Source: an uncultured Candidatus Saccharibacteria bacterium
Lineage (GTDB): Bacteria; Patescibacteriota; Minisyncoccia; Minisyncoccales; Staskawiczbacteraceae
Reading direction: 5' to 3'
DNA: 58,994 bases
Assembly (NCBI GenBank): GCA_964599285.1
Contig: CAZREI010000004.1
Coordinates: 1-58,994 of the forward strand
Below, piece after piece: positions 28,296-37,788 of the stretch. The notes under the pieces were generated by a model. It had not been told where the DNA came from and ran no database searches. It saw only the letters and a program-made list of their open reading frames with translations. The translations under genes were made by a program, and so were the position numbers. The number at the start of each line of letters is the position of its first letter. The stretch's first letter is position 1.

Positions 28296-29609
28296 TCACT
28301 CTAGGATAATCTTTTTGTCTTTTAGCGCCAGTTTGCTTTTCAGGAAGAATAGTAGTTCGCGTTTTTCAACAAGGGTTCCTTCTCTGAGCAAGTACTTGGC
28401 ATAATTTCGTATATCTATTTCAGAATTATTAGCCTCCTTTTTATGGCCTAGCACCCCGATTCTGAATTTATTAAAGCGGGCGATTTCTTGCTCAATCCTA
28501 TTTCTTACACCCAGCTCATCCAGGTTAATTTTATCCATCAGGTCTATTAATTCTGTTATCAGGCTCGGCTCATTGATCATCGGATTTTTACAGTCGATAT
28601 TTCTGGCCTTAGTGCAGAAATAGTAGACGTGCCGATTCACTCCGCCATCCTTGAGCTTTTTGAATTTCTCATCAGCCGATATGCCCGAGCCACAGTAGCC
28701 ACACTTAATCAGCTTGGTGAAGGCAAATTCTTTAGATTCAGTTTTCGGCACAAAGTTCTCGCTCAGAGTAGTTTGGACTTTATCAAATAATACCTTATCT
28801 ATTATCGGTGTATGCTTACCGGTGTACCAGTTTCCGCTACCGACAGGAAATTCAAATTCTCCATAATAGAAACTGTTTCTTAAGATGAGGTAGACATTGC
28901 CCAGTACCAAAGGTTTACCGCTTTTGGTTTTAAACCCTATCTCATTGAGCCATCGGAAAAGTTTTCTACCCGACCACTGTTCATTGGCTACTTTTTCAAA
29001 CATCTGCTTAATTATGGGAGCCCGTTTGGGATCCAGCCTGCACTGGCATTTCTTGTCCACATGCTTTTCGTTAAGGTAGCCAGTAGGGGCCACTCCGGGG
29101 CGATAACCCATTTCGCAGCGTGTCTTGAGTCCGCGTTTTACGTTGACTGCCTTATTATCATTTTCCAGCTTGGCTTGGCTACCCAGAATCATAAGCAGGA
29201 ACTTTTCATTTGGATTATTGGTAAACCGTTGCCCGTAAGTCCTTATTTCAATCAAGAGTTTCTGGTCCATTAAATCCACCACGGATCCCAGGTCGCCAGC
29301 ATTGCGGCTCAATCGGTCCGGCGCCCATGTTAGAATGGCATTGTATTTTCCTTCCCTAATTTCATTGATCATTTCATTGAATACCGCCCGCTGGCCAACT
29401 TCCTTGGAGGAGTGAGATTCTCGTTTAATATCAATGATTTTTAGATTCTCTTTTTCGGCCAATACCATCATTTCTTTAATTTGTGAGTCAATGGATAAGA
29501 CCTGCTTGTCTTCGGCCTCGGTGGATTTCCTGGCATAAAGGCAGTATTTGAGGGTAGGCGCCATTACGGGAGGGGACGAGGTTCTACTCACTTGTGTTGC
29601 TTGTGTCAT
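28296..29609 (-). CDS. Large serine recombinase (resolvase, recombinase and zinc-ribbon domains)
   Basis: YCLYARKS catalytic Ser, TWAPDRLSRN, PTGY and IKCGYCGS...YYFC. Confidence 0.92.
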   Translation of the reverse strand: MTQATQVSRTSSPPVMAPTLKYCLYARKSTEAEDKQVLSIDSQIKEMMVLAEKENLKIIDIKRESHSSKEVGQRAVFNEMINEIREGKYNAILTWAPDRLSRNAGDLGSVVDLMDQKLLIEIRTYGQRFTNNPNEKFLLMILGSQAKLENDNKAVNVKRGLKTRCEMGYRPGVAPTGYLNEKHVDKKCQCRLDPKRAPIIKQMFEKVANEQWSGRKLFRWLNEIGFKTKSGKPLVLGNVYLILRNSFYYGEFEFPVGSGNWYTGKHTPIIDKVLFDKVQTTLSENFVPKTESKEFAFTKLIKCGYCGSGISADEKFKKLKDGGVNRHVYYFCTKARNIDCKNPMINEPSLITELIDLMDKINLDELGVRNRIEQEIARFNKFRIGVLGHKKEANNSEIDIRNYAKYLLREGTLVEKRELLFFLKSKLALKDKKIILE

Positions 29610-29783
29610 CTCTTTAATATTAGTTAGTTTGTATTACGCGACATTCTTAGTTCGACCTTTACAGGTACAGGAATGACGCAATGGCGACAAGGAGTCCAGG
29701 CCTCATCAGTTGGTAACCATTAGCATTGAAAATTATCAAATATTTACTTTTTAGAGAAAAAGTGCTAAATTTAAAGAAAATAT

Positions 29784-32700
29784 ATGGAAATTAAGTCAAA
29801 ATTTGAGTTTTTTCGCAGAAATAACCTTGTTTATCTCGATAGCGCAGCCACTACACAAGTACCTGATATTGTGGTCAGAGAAGTGGAGCGAGTTTTAAAT
29901 TACCGTGGAAATCCAGGTCGTAGCGCTCACATAATCGCCAGAAAAGCTGAAGAATGGGTAGCTGAAGCAAGAGAAAATATTGCTAAGTTTATCGGAGCCG
30001 GTGCCAATGAAATTGTTTTTACAAATAATGCTACCGATTCAATTAATCTTGCTGTTGACGCAATTGCTGATCATATAAAAAGTGGTGATGAAATTATTAT
30101 TGGAATTTCAGAGCATCACTCAAATATGCTTCCGTATTTGAAGCTAGTAAAACGGGGAGCAAAGATAAAAACGGTTGGCCTCAAAGACGGAATTATTTCT
30201 CCTGAAGAAATTAAATCTGTATTGAGTAAAAAGACAAAGGTGGTTGCAGTTGGCCACTGCTCTAATGTTTTGGGAAATATTAACGACGTACAAACCATCG
30301 GTTCAGTCGTTAAGGAAAAAAATAAAGATATTTTTTATATCATTGATGGAACTCAAGCGGTCGCTCATTTGCCGGTCAACGTGAAACCGATAAGAGCTGA
30401 CTTCTATGCTTTTTCTGGACATAAAATGTACGGACCGGATGGCGTGGGCGTGTTATATGCCTCGGATCATATTCATCATTTTCTTTCACCGGTACGCGCC
30501 GGTGGCGGAACGGTGAAAAATGTTGCTATCACATTTCAGAAAGAAGGAGATATTATTTCTCCGGATTATTTTCAGTCGTTACTTATGCTGGAAGGCGGAA
30601 CATCGAATACTTCAAATATCGTGGGGCTATCCAAAGCCGTCAATTTTATCCGGTCAGTTGGTTTTGATCAAATTCGCCATCATGATTTGCAGCTAATCTC
30701 AAAGTTACGTGAAGCGTTGAAGCAATTTGAGGAAATAGTAATATTTGGCCCTACGGAAGCAAAGAATAAGATTGGCCTTTTATCATTTGGCTTAAAAGAA
30801 TACAGCACCCAAGAACTAGGAGATTATCTGGGACGGCAAAAAATATGTATCCGCTACGGCGCTCATTGTGCATTTCCTTTAGCAGAACATTTAGGCCAAG
30901 AAAGTTTACGAGTAAGCTTTGGCGCTTATAATACTGAAGAAGATATTGATCAGATTGTTGGCGAAATAAAGTTTTTTCTAGACAAGAAAAAGGGGTTAAT
31001 TAAAAATCCAAATCTTGAACCCTTGCGTTCAAAGATTTATTATCGTAACACCCACATCGTAAATTCCGCTGCATCAATTATTGAGAAGGTAAAACAGGGA
31101 CTCTATAGCCCACAAGATACCGAAATTGTGGTAATGGGAGGGCACTTTCTTGGCATTCCCGATATGCAAGAGAATAGATTTTGGCCAAGTATTACAGGAC
31201 TGCTTCCTGAGCGTCTATACGGCTTAATGGACGAATTTGGTATGACCAGTTTTCCTCTTTTCACCTGGGAAGTTTCATGCAAGATAGTTTCAGAGCTTCA
31301 AAAAGCTGGATATCAAGCAAAGCTCTCCATTATCGTCAACGATACGACCGGTATAAATGAACTTCGTCTTTCAAAAATAAATGCAAATGGAAAAACGGCG
31401 GAAACGTACCGTGATGAGCTACTCAATTCTTTTATGGAAGACGATATTCCGAAAAGGTATTTGGAGATATTGAAAAAATATAAGCTTGGCAAAAAAGATA
31501 TCATCAAAAATGCTGCTAAATTTTATTTTAGGGAAACGCTTTTAAGGGCGAACTTCAAAAAGTTTATAAGCAACAATAAAAGATTTTTTTCTGGCGTTAT
31601 TGATTATACGGCTGAGACAGACGACAATATTGATCTCTCGATAAATATATTAGATAACCAGCAGATTAAAACGTGCAATATCGAAACGTTCCATTCGAAA
31701 ACGGGTGGTAAGTTCTGCGTTATTGAGTTGTGTCAATTCATTGCCGAGTTATTCGGCAAAGCCCCTGAAGTGAAATTTGGGTACCTATCTGAAAAAGTTA
31801 ATAAACCCAAAATAAAGTCAAAACACAAGGTATTGATCGCCTTAACGCCCGCCATGTGCGATAACGCAGTAACCCGTTCAGCTGAATTATACGCAAAACT
31901 TTTTCTGCAAGAAAAAGGAGAAGGCTCTTTCAAGTTTTTTAATATTCCCTTGGGACCTAATGCCCAAAGAAATCTCGCTATTGGCACAGAACTTACCTAT
32001 GTTTCAGATAAAGACAATCTGGAAATTCTTGACGTTGATTCAGAGCCAGCTTTTCCCGAATTATGGAAATTATGCGAGTACAAGTTACTATACGACCCCA
32101 AGTCCTACGCAGAAGATATGAAAAACCTTTTTGAAAAAATAGGAATCGGTAAGCAATCTGGCATCCTTGATACCTGCGTGGGGCCTGGATTTTTTGATAC
32201 GGAGTTACTGAAAGAGGGATATCATATTACAACCGCAGATAAAAATCCGAATATGATTGTTCCGTTTCAGAATGCACTGCGCGAACTTGGGATTGATCAT
32301 GCGACAACCATATCCGCATGGCTTGATCTGCCCAAACACTTTCAGAAAGAATCGTTTGATTTACTATTGAACCGCGGCAATAGTTTTATTTACGCAGCGG
32401 GCGGATGGAATGAAATGATCGCAATAGACAAAAACGAATCTCTTGCCAAATTCAAGGAGACGCTGGAAGTGTATTACGACTTGCTCAAGCCAGGAGGATA
32501 TCTTTATATTGATAAATTCAGAGATTCTGAAATACCAGATAAAAAAGTGGTTGCTCGGCTGAATATTGAAAACGGAGAAGAGCAAAAAGATATTGTTTTC
32601 TATGTTGAACGAAAACCTGAAGAGAATGTAAGATTTGCCCAAATGTTGCTTCGGGACGAAAGTGGAGAGGAAAGGGGTTTGCCAAACGTAGCATATGACT

Positions 32701-32807
32701 TAAGCGAAGACGAGATGGAAAATCTTTTAAAGGAAATTGGCTTTAAATCCCAGAAATTATCCATAAAATCTGAAAGGCATTTTGTGGTCTGGCTTGCACA
32801 AAAATAA
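29784..32807 (+). CDS. Fusion: SufS-like PLP cysteine desulfurase, unknown domain and class I SAM methyltransferase
   Basis: YLDSAATTQ, DGTQAVAH, FSGHKMYGP (PLP Lys) and RYGAHCA (SufS-type Cys); C-terminal LDTCVGPG and NRGNSFIY. Confidence 0.85.
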   Translation: MEIKSKFEFFRRNNLVYLDSAATTQVPDIVVREVERVLNYRGNPGRSAHIIARKAEEWVAEARENIAKFIGAGANEIVFTNNATDSINLAVDAIADHIKSGDEIIIGISEHHSNMLPYLKLVKRGAKIKTVGLKDGIISPEEIKSVLSKKTKVVAVGHCSNVLGNINDVQTIGSVVKEKNKDIFYIIDGTQAVAHLPVNVKPIRADFYAFSGHKMYGPDGVGVLYASDHIHHFLSPVRAGGGTVKNVAITFQKEGDIISPDYFQSLLMLEGGTSNTSNIVGLSKAVNFIRSVGFDQIRHHDLQLISKLREALKQFEEIVIFGPTEAKNKIGLLSFGLKEYSTQELGDYLGRQKICIRYGAHCAFPLAEHLGQESLRVSFGAYNTEEDIDQIVGEIKFFLDKKKGLIKNPNLEPLRSKIYYRNTHIVNSAASIIEKVKQGLYSPQDTEIVVMGGHFLGIPDMQENRFWPSITGLLPERLYGLMDEFGMTSFPLFTWEVSCKIVSELQKAGYQAKLSIIVNDTTGINELRLSKINANGKTAETYRDELLNSFMEDDIPKRYLEILKKYKLGKKDIIKNAAKFYFRETLLRANFKKFISNNKRFFSGVIDYTAETDDNIDLSINILDNQQIKTCNIETFHSKTGGKFCVIELCQFIAELFGKAPEVKFGYLSEKVNKPKIKSKHKVLIALTPAMCDNAVTRSAELYAKLFLQEKGEGSFKFFNIPLGPNAQRNLAIGTELTYVSDKDNLEILDVDSEPAFPELWKLCEYKLLYDPKSYAEDMKNLFEKIGIGKQSGILDTCVGPGFFDTELLKEGYHITTADKNPNMIVPFQNALRELGIDHATTISAWLDLPKHFQKESFDLLLNRGNSFIYAAGGWNEMIAIDKNESLAKFKETLEVYYDLLKPGGYLYIDKFRDSEIPDKKVVARLNIENGEEQKDIVFYVERKPEENVRFAQMLLRDESGEERGLPNVAYDLSEDEMENLLKEIGFKSQKLSIKSERHFVVWLAQK

Positions 32808-33592
32808 TGAAAACTTTTCAATTTGACCACGAACCAACCTTTGCTGAATTATGGGATGCTTGCGTCTACAACCTTCTCTACCAAGCCCAGGATTATAAGA
32901 AAGATATCGTAGAATTATTTAGTAAGATCGGCATAGACAAAAAGTCAAAAATAATTGATGTTTCGGCGGGCGGCGGGTTTCCTGCCCTTGAACTAATCAA
33001 GGATGGATATGACATTGTTTGCTCTGATGGTTTTGATGACGAAGTAGAACTCTTTAACAGGAAGGCAAAACAAGAAAAGGTTAGTTCACGTTGTATAAAA
33101 GTATTATGGAAGGAGCTGCCAGAACATTTTTCCAGTAATTCTTTTGATTTTCTTTTTTGTCGAGGTAACTCGTTTATTTACGCAGACGGCGGATGGAATA
33201 CGCCCATAAAAGTTGATACGATAGAAGTAATGAATAATTACCAAAACACGTTGAACATATTTTATGACCTGCTTCAACCAGGCGGTTGGATATATGTTGA
33301 TAAATTTAAGGATAACGAAACCACTCATCAGGAAAAAGTTGGCGAAGTAAAAGTGAACAATGAAAATTCAGAAGATTTAATTTTTTGGACGCAGCGATTT
33401 CCAGAAAAGAAAATGCGACAAGCGTCGATGATAAGGAAAGAAAATGACCATGAAAAGAAAATCCCCAATATTTCCTATGATTTATCTTCTGTTGAGTTGG
33501 AAGGTTTATTGGGGAAAGCTGGCCTTAGGAATATTCAAAAAATAGATTTACCTAGCGAGAAAACTTTTGATATTTGGATTGCTCAGAAATAA
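32807..33592 (+). CDS. Class I SAM methyltransferase, paralog of the upstream C-terminal domain
   Basis: IDVSAGGG and CRGNSFIYADGGWN; aligns by eye with the C-terminus of the 1007 aa protein. Confidence 0.85.
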   Translation: MKTFQFDHEPTFAELWDACVYNLLYQAQDYKKDIVELFSKIGIDKKSKIIDVSAGGGFPALELIKDGYDIVCSDGFDDEVELFNRKAKQEKVSSRCIKVLWKELPEHFSSNSFDFLFCRGNSFIYADGGWNTPIKVDTIEVMNNYQNTLNIFYDLLQPGGWIYVDKFKDNETTHQEKVGEVKVNNENSEDLIFWTQRFPEKKMRQASMIRKENDHEKKIPNISYDLSSVELEGLLGKAGLRNIQKIDLPSEKTFDIWIAQK

Positions 33593-33612
33593 CTACCAGC
33601 CGAAATTATAGT

Positions 33613-35595
33613 ATGAAAAATATATTTACCAAAACTAAAATAGCAACAAAATTCGGAGATTTTGATATCCGAGTTTATGCGGATGTACAAGGCAAAGAAA
33701 CAGTCGTGCTTTCGACTGAAAAGTTAGATACATCTGTTCCCGTGCTCGTCAGAATACACAGTGAGTGTATGACCGGCGATACCTTTGGTAGTTTACAGTG
33801 CGATTGTGGCGAACAACTTGATAAGTCTTTAGAGAAAATCACTGAAAGTAAAAATGGCGTTCTTGTTTATCTACGCCAGGAAGGTCGCGGAATTGGATTG
33901 TTTGAAAAAATAAAAAGTTACCAACTTCAAGATAAGGGGTATGATACCTTTGAAGCAAACCTTTTGCTAGGACACCGTCCTGACGAACGAACCTATGAAA
34001 AGGCAAAAATAGCTCTTAGCGATCTAGGAGCAAGCCGTATCCGTTTGTTGACCAACAATCCATCAAAAGTGTCTGAAATGGCAAAACTTGGCATTGAAGT
34101 GGTAGAACGTGTCCCCTTAATAATAAAGTCAAACAAATATAATCAAGATTACTTTGTATCAAAGCGTGATAAATTCAAACATTTTTTTAGCACAGAGGTT
34201 AGTTATTATTTTTATCAATTTCACGCTGTAACTCCGGAACAAGTTGAACAGATCGGCGAATTCTTAAAAGACAAAAAGCGTGACCCTCTTCTAAAAATTT
34301 GTGTTGGTGTTGCCGCGGATCATTCTGTAATAGACAGTACAGAAAAAATTATTCAAATAGAGAGTATTTTTCGCGCTTGCGATCTTTATGAGGGCTTTGT
34401 TCCAATATTACATTTTTCTTTTAGGAACTCGCCCGACCCATTAAAAGATATTCGGATTATAAAGAAGAATTTACCGTTCGTTAAGTACATCCAAACAAAT
34501 GATATTCCATCACCAGAATTGGAGACAATAAAACTTGCATGCCGGTCTTTTCTCGCTGATATCCCACTATCAGATAAAAACTTTGATTTAGTCAACGATG
34601 TCAGTTTTAGACGAGCAATTACAAAGTATAAAGCATTCATACTTTTAGATAATAGCAAAGGCACAGGAATACGTGAGGCAAAAGAATCTTTAATGAAAAA
34701 AATAGATGTTTTGCTCAAGTATGGCTTGAACGATATTGCAATTTTTGGTGGATTTGGACCAGATGATCTCGATACATATTTTGAACTTCGTCGTTATTAC
34801 AAAATCAATTTTTCAATTGACGCTGAGACAAAACTCAAAACTAACGGCCAAATCGACATCGAAAAAACGAAACTGTATCTATCGCAACTCATTAGGTTTA
34901 GTGATCCCAAAGAAGCAGGCATCGAACAGACGAGAACATTCTTGCAACAAAGCAAACATACTAATTGGGATAAGGCTACAATCGAAGGCAAAGAATTTTC
35001 AATACACCCTGCGGTGTTTCATCCAGGTTCTTTTCCTTCGACCATATGGTATGCTGTTGCTGTCCGCGAACAAGTAAAAGGACAAGGAGATTTTTGTGAA
35101 GTAGGATGTGGTGCAGGAGTGGTAAGTTGCTTGGTCGCCATTGATAATCCCAACATTCAAGTTGTCGCAACCGACATAAATCCTTTTGCCAGCGAGAATA
35201 CGAAACTCAATGCTGATAAACTTGGTGTTGGCGATAGAGTTGAGGTTACCACCGGAGATGTTCTCGACGGCATACCAAGTGATCGTAAATTTGACTCAAT
35301 ATTCTGGTCATTGCCTTTTGGATTTCTTGATCCTGGAGCACCCGTAACATTAGAAGAAATGCAGGTATTTGACCCTGGATATAAAGCAACGCGAAAGTTT
35401 TTGAACGATGCTAAAAAGTTTTTAAAACCAAACGGGCAATTGCTCATTGGATTTTCTTCAGATTTAGGACACGAGGAACTGCTTGAGGAATTAGCAAAAG
35501 AAGCCGGTATTAAAATAGAAAAAGTTAAAGAGCATGAAATGCAAGAGAAAGACACCCTAAAATTTGAACTTCTTCGTGGGGTTTATTTGAGGTAA
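33613..35595 (+). CDS. Fusion: GTP cyclohydrolase II, TrpF-like barrel and HemK-like methyltransferase
   Basis: VRIHSECMTGDTFGSLQCDCGEQL, RQEGRGIGL, DERTY and LLTNNP; middle LLDNSKGTG/FGGFGP/IDAETKL; C-terminal EVGCGAG, ATDINP and FWSLPFG. Confidence 0.85.
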   Translation: MKNIFTKTKIATKFGDFDIRVYADVQGKETVVLSTEKLDTSVPVLVRIHSECMTGDTFGSLQCDCGEQLDKSLEKITESKNGVLVYLRQEGRGIGLFEKIKSYQLQDKGYDTFEANLLLGHRPDERTYEKAKIALSDLGASRIRLLTNNPSKVSEMAKLGIEVVERVPLIIKSNKYNQDYFVSKRDKFKHFFSTEVSYYFYQFHAVTPEQVEQIGEFLKDKKRDPLLKICVGVAADHSVIDSTEKIIQIESIFRACDLYEGFVPILHFSFRNSPDPLKDIRIIKKNLPFVKYIQTNDIPSPELETIKLACRSFLADIPLSDKNFDLVNDVSFRRAITKYKAFILLDNSKGTGIREAKESLMKKIDVLLKYGLNDIAIFGGFGPDDLDTYFELRRYYKINFSIDAETKLKTNGQIDIEKTKLYLSQLIRFSDPKEAGIEQTRTFLQQSKHTNWDKATIEGKEFSIHPAVFHPGSFPSTIWYAVAVREQVKGQGDFCEVGCGAGVVSCLVAIDNPNIQVVATDINPFASENTKLNADKLGVGDRVEVTTGDVLDGIPSDRKFDSIFWSLPFGFLDPGAPVTLEEMQVFDPGYKATRKFLNDAKKFLKPNGQLLIGFSSDLGHEELLEELAKEAGIKIEKVKEHEMQEKDTLKFELLRGVYLR

Positions 35596-35712
35596 AGTTC
35601 AAATCTGAAAAAAGCAGGAATAAGGGGGGATAAGCTATAGAGGCCTCATATTAGGGGCTTTTTGAGTATTTTTAAGCCTAAATGTTGACTAAATCAAAAG
35701 GACGTGTTGCTA

Positions 35713-35741
35713 TTGACAAGAAAACTGATATTTGATATGAT
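35713..35741 (+). promoter_or_regulatory. Strong sigma70 promoter heading the small-ORF array
   Basis: TTGACA-17 nt-TATGAT. Confidence 0.75.
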
Positions 35742-35928
35742 ATAGGCATAGGGTTTCGCCCTATAAAACTGCACTTTTATAGCGAGTATTAAGTTGCTTG
35801 GCCATAGCTATAAGACACTGACTATTCAGTATTTTATAGCTATGGCTACCACTTCGGAAGCCAAGCTAACTCATCCTCTACCTAGAAGGTAGAGGACCAA
35901 GCCGACTATCAGTCGGAAGGAGCTTATC

Positions 35929-36291
35929 ATGGCGAAGTACGGGCACCTGTCTCATAACTACATCGAAGCCATCTTGAACAAGATGGGTGGCGAGGATGCC
36001 GCTCAGAAGTTTCTCAATGGCGAGTTGGAGATTCTCCCGAAGAAACAGCCGAAAAAGCGCATGTCTCACCGCGAACCCGTCGCAGACAAGGATCGTCTGG
36101 CATACGTCTTTCAGGTCATCGAGGAGATTATGGAGTCGGAATGTTCCGGAACGGCAGAAAAGCTTGGAGCTATCAAACGTGCTCTTGATACGTTTGATCA
36201 GAAGAATCTTACATTCATTCTGTCCCGCATCTATGACGGGATGGCTCCGAGTGGATTCAACTGGAATCCGGACAATGGGTACGCTCCCTAA
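35929..36291 (+). CDS. Small phage-like hypothetical protein (array ORF1)
   Basis: AAGGAG SD; 120 aa. Confidence 0.7.
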   Translation: MAKYGHLSHNYIEAILNKMGGEDAAQKFLNGELEILPKKQPKKRMSHREPVADKDRLAYVFQVIEEIMESECSGTAEKLGAIKRALDTFDQKNLTFILSRIYDGMAPSGFNWNPDNGYAP

Positions 36292-36301
36292 TACTCCAAA
36301 A

Positions 36302-36416
36302 CCGCAGTTCATAACCACACATCTGCGTAATAAAAGTGTGGATTACATAAGGCCGAACGGATTCGTCCCTCGGCCTCACTTCAGAGGAATTTTCAAAAGA
36401 AGATTTTTCTGAAGTG
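36302..36416 (+). repeat. Structured intergenic element, copy A (three hairpins)
   Basis: CGCAG/CTGCG, AGGCCGA/TCGGCCT and CACTTCAGA/TCTGAAGTG stems. Confidence 0.9.
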
Positions 36417-36490
36417 AACGATTGTACATTCAACCCCGATTTTCGGGCGGCAACCTCGGAGGCCGTAATTCCGAAACAAGGAGATTCGCA

Positions 36491-36724
36491 ATGACTCAAA
36501 TGACTAGTTTGGAATTCAATGCAGTAATAAGTGCGTGGGGCGTGAATGATGAGCGCAAGCTCAAGGCTATTGGACTTTTAATGAACCGTATAAAACCACA
36601 TGAAGTCCTTCGGCTTGTTGATAAAATGGGGCTTGCCGAAAACGCAGTGCGAAAAGCTCAGATTGAGCTGGAGCGAACCAACAAAGCTTTCGATGATTTC
36701 TGTAATGAGAATGCCCGTGGGTAA
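36491..36724 (+). CDS. Small hypothetical protein (array ORF2)
   Basis: AAGGAG SD before ATG at 36491. Confidence 0.65.
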   Translation: MTQMTSLEFNAVISAWGVNDERKLKAIGLLMNRIKPHEVLRLVDKMGLAENAVRKAQIELERTNKAFDDFCNENARG

Positions 36725-36771
36725 AGAAAAAAGGTTAAGGGAGAATACCTGCGTTAAAACTTCTCTCGCTA

Positions 36772-36831
36772 AGGCAAACTCCGGTTTGCCTCACTTCAGA
36801 GGAATTTATCAAGATAGATTTTTCTGAAGTG
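36772..36831 (+). repeat. Structured intergenic element, copy B (two hairpins)
   Basis: AGGCAAAC/GTTTGCCT and CACTTCAGA/TCTGAAGTG. Confidence 0.85.
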
Positions 36832-36869
36832 TTGATGGAAGTTTTCACCGTTCTTTAAAGGAGAAGGTC

Positions 36870-37112
36870 ATGAAGTGCCGAGTAAATCCTTATCCTTCGG
36901 GTGAAGGTTGGCTCCAGCTGGAGCAGTTTGAGATCATTCTGGTCCCCCAAAATAAAAGGGATCAGCGTGTTCTCTCTGCTATGAAGACCGCCAAGGCTTT
37001 TCTCACCCATGACTCGGGAGACGATGGCACCGTCAAGAGTGCCAGAGTTCTAGTGCATGGAAAGCACTATGAACGCGTCATGGCCCGGACAAGAGCCAAG
37101 CGCGGTTACTAA
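36870..37112 (+). CDS. Small hypothetical protein (array ORF3)
   Basis: AAAGGAG SD. Confidence 0.65.
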   Translation: MKCRVNPYPSGEGWLQLEQFEIILVPQNKRDQRVLSAMKTAKAFLTHDSGDDGTVKSARVLVHGKHYERVMARTRAKRGY

Positions 37113-37137
37113 AAAAGAGTGTCAACTCTCTAACTGA

Positions 37138-37249
37138 CCGCAGTTCACAAACCACACTGCGAAAACAAAAGTGGATTACATAAGGCCGAATGGATTAAAA
37201 ATTCGGCCTCACTTCAGAGGAATTTACCAGTGTAGATTTTTCTGAAGTG
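37138..37249 (+). repeat. Structured intergenic element, copy C
   Basis: Full three-hairpin copy. Confidence 0.9.
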
Positions 37250-37289
37250 GATGATTGACTGAACGAAATCTTAACTAGAGGAGACAGTG

Positions 37290-37541
37290 ATGAAGAAGCT
37301 CTTTCTTTGCGCGACCAGTGACCCGCTCGACCGTCGTTTCGGTGGCATGAAGCACATGGCGTGCTGGGCGGAAACTGCGGAGGAGGCCTGCGAGGAATTC
37401 CGTCGTGTGCGCCGTCCAAGGATGAAGTGGCAAGCGTACGCTGTGGAGATTACGGATGAGCTGAAGCAACAGTACCCTTGGATAAAGGGTATCCCCGTTA
37501 GTGTTCCGGGAAGGAAATTCGGGGACGTGCGGATAACCTAG
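37290..37541 (+). CDS. Small hypothetical protein (array ORF4)
   Basis: AGAGGAG SD. Confidence 0.65.
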   Translation: MKKLFLCATSDPLDRRFGGMKHMACWAETAEEACEEFRRVRRPRMKWQAYAVEITDELKQQYPWIKGIPVSVPGRKFGDVRIT

Positions 37542-37788
37542 CGCACGGAAAACCCGCCACGGATGGCGGACTAGGATAATGGGGAGACTCAATCAGTTTC
37601 CCCTCCATATATGAGTTTTGAAAAAGTTTCAAGACTGATACATGGATTAGCTCTTTATTAAAAAATCACAGTCATAGCTATAAGTTTTTATTTTAAAAGA
37701 TGAAAGTTTATAGCTGTGACTGAAGGCATTTCGCCAACGGGCAGTCGGTTTCTTGGATATCACAACAACCAAGCAGAGGAGATTTACT

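Noticed and set aside
29784-31000. SUF Fe-S assembly locus
   Set aside because: No sufBCD/sufU neighbours, and the SufS-like domain is fused to a methyltransferase.
37219-37240. AATTTACCAGTGTAGAT resembles a Cas12a repeat end
   Set aside because: The internal TCTAC/GTAGA stem is absent, the intervening DNA is 250-700 bp ORFs rather than ~30 bp spacers, and there are no cas genes.
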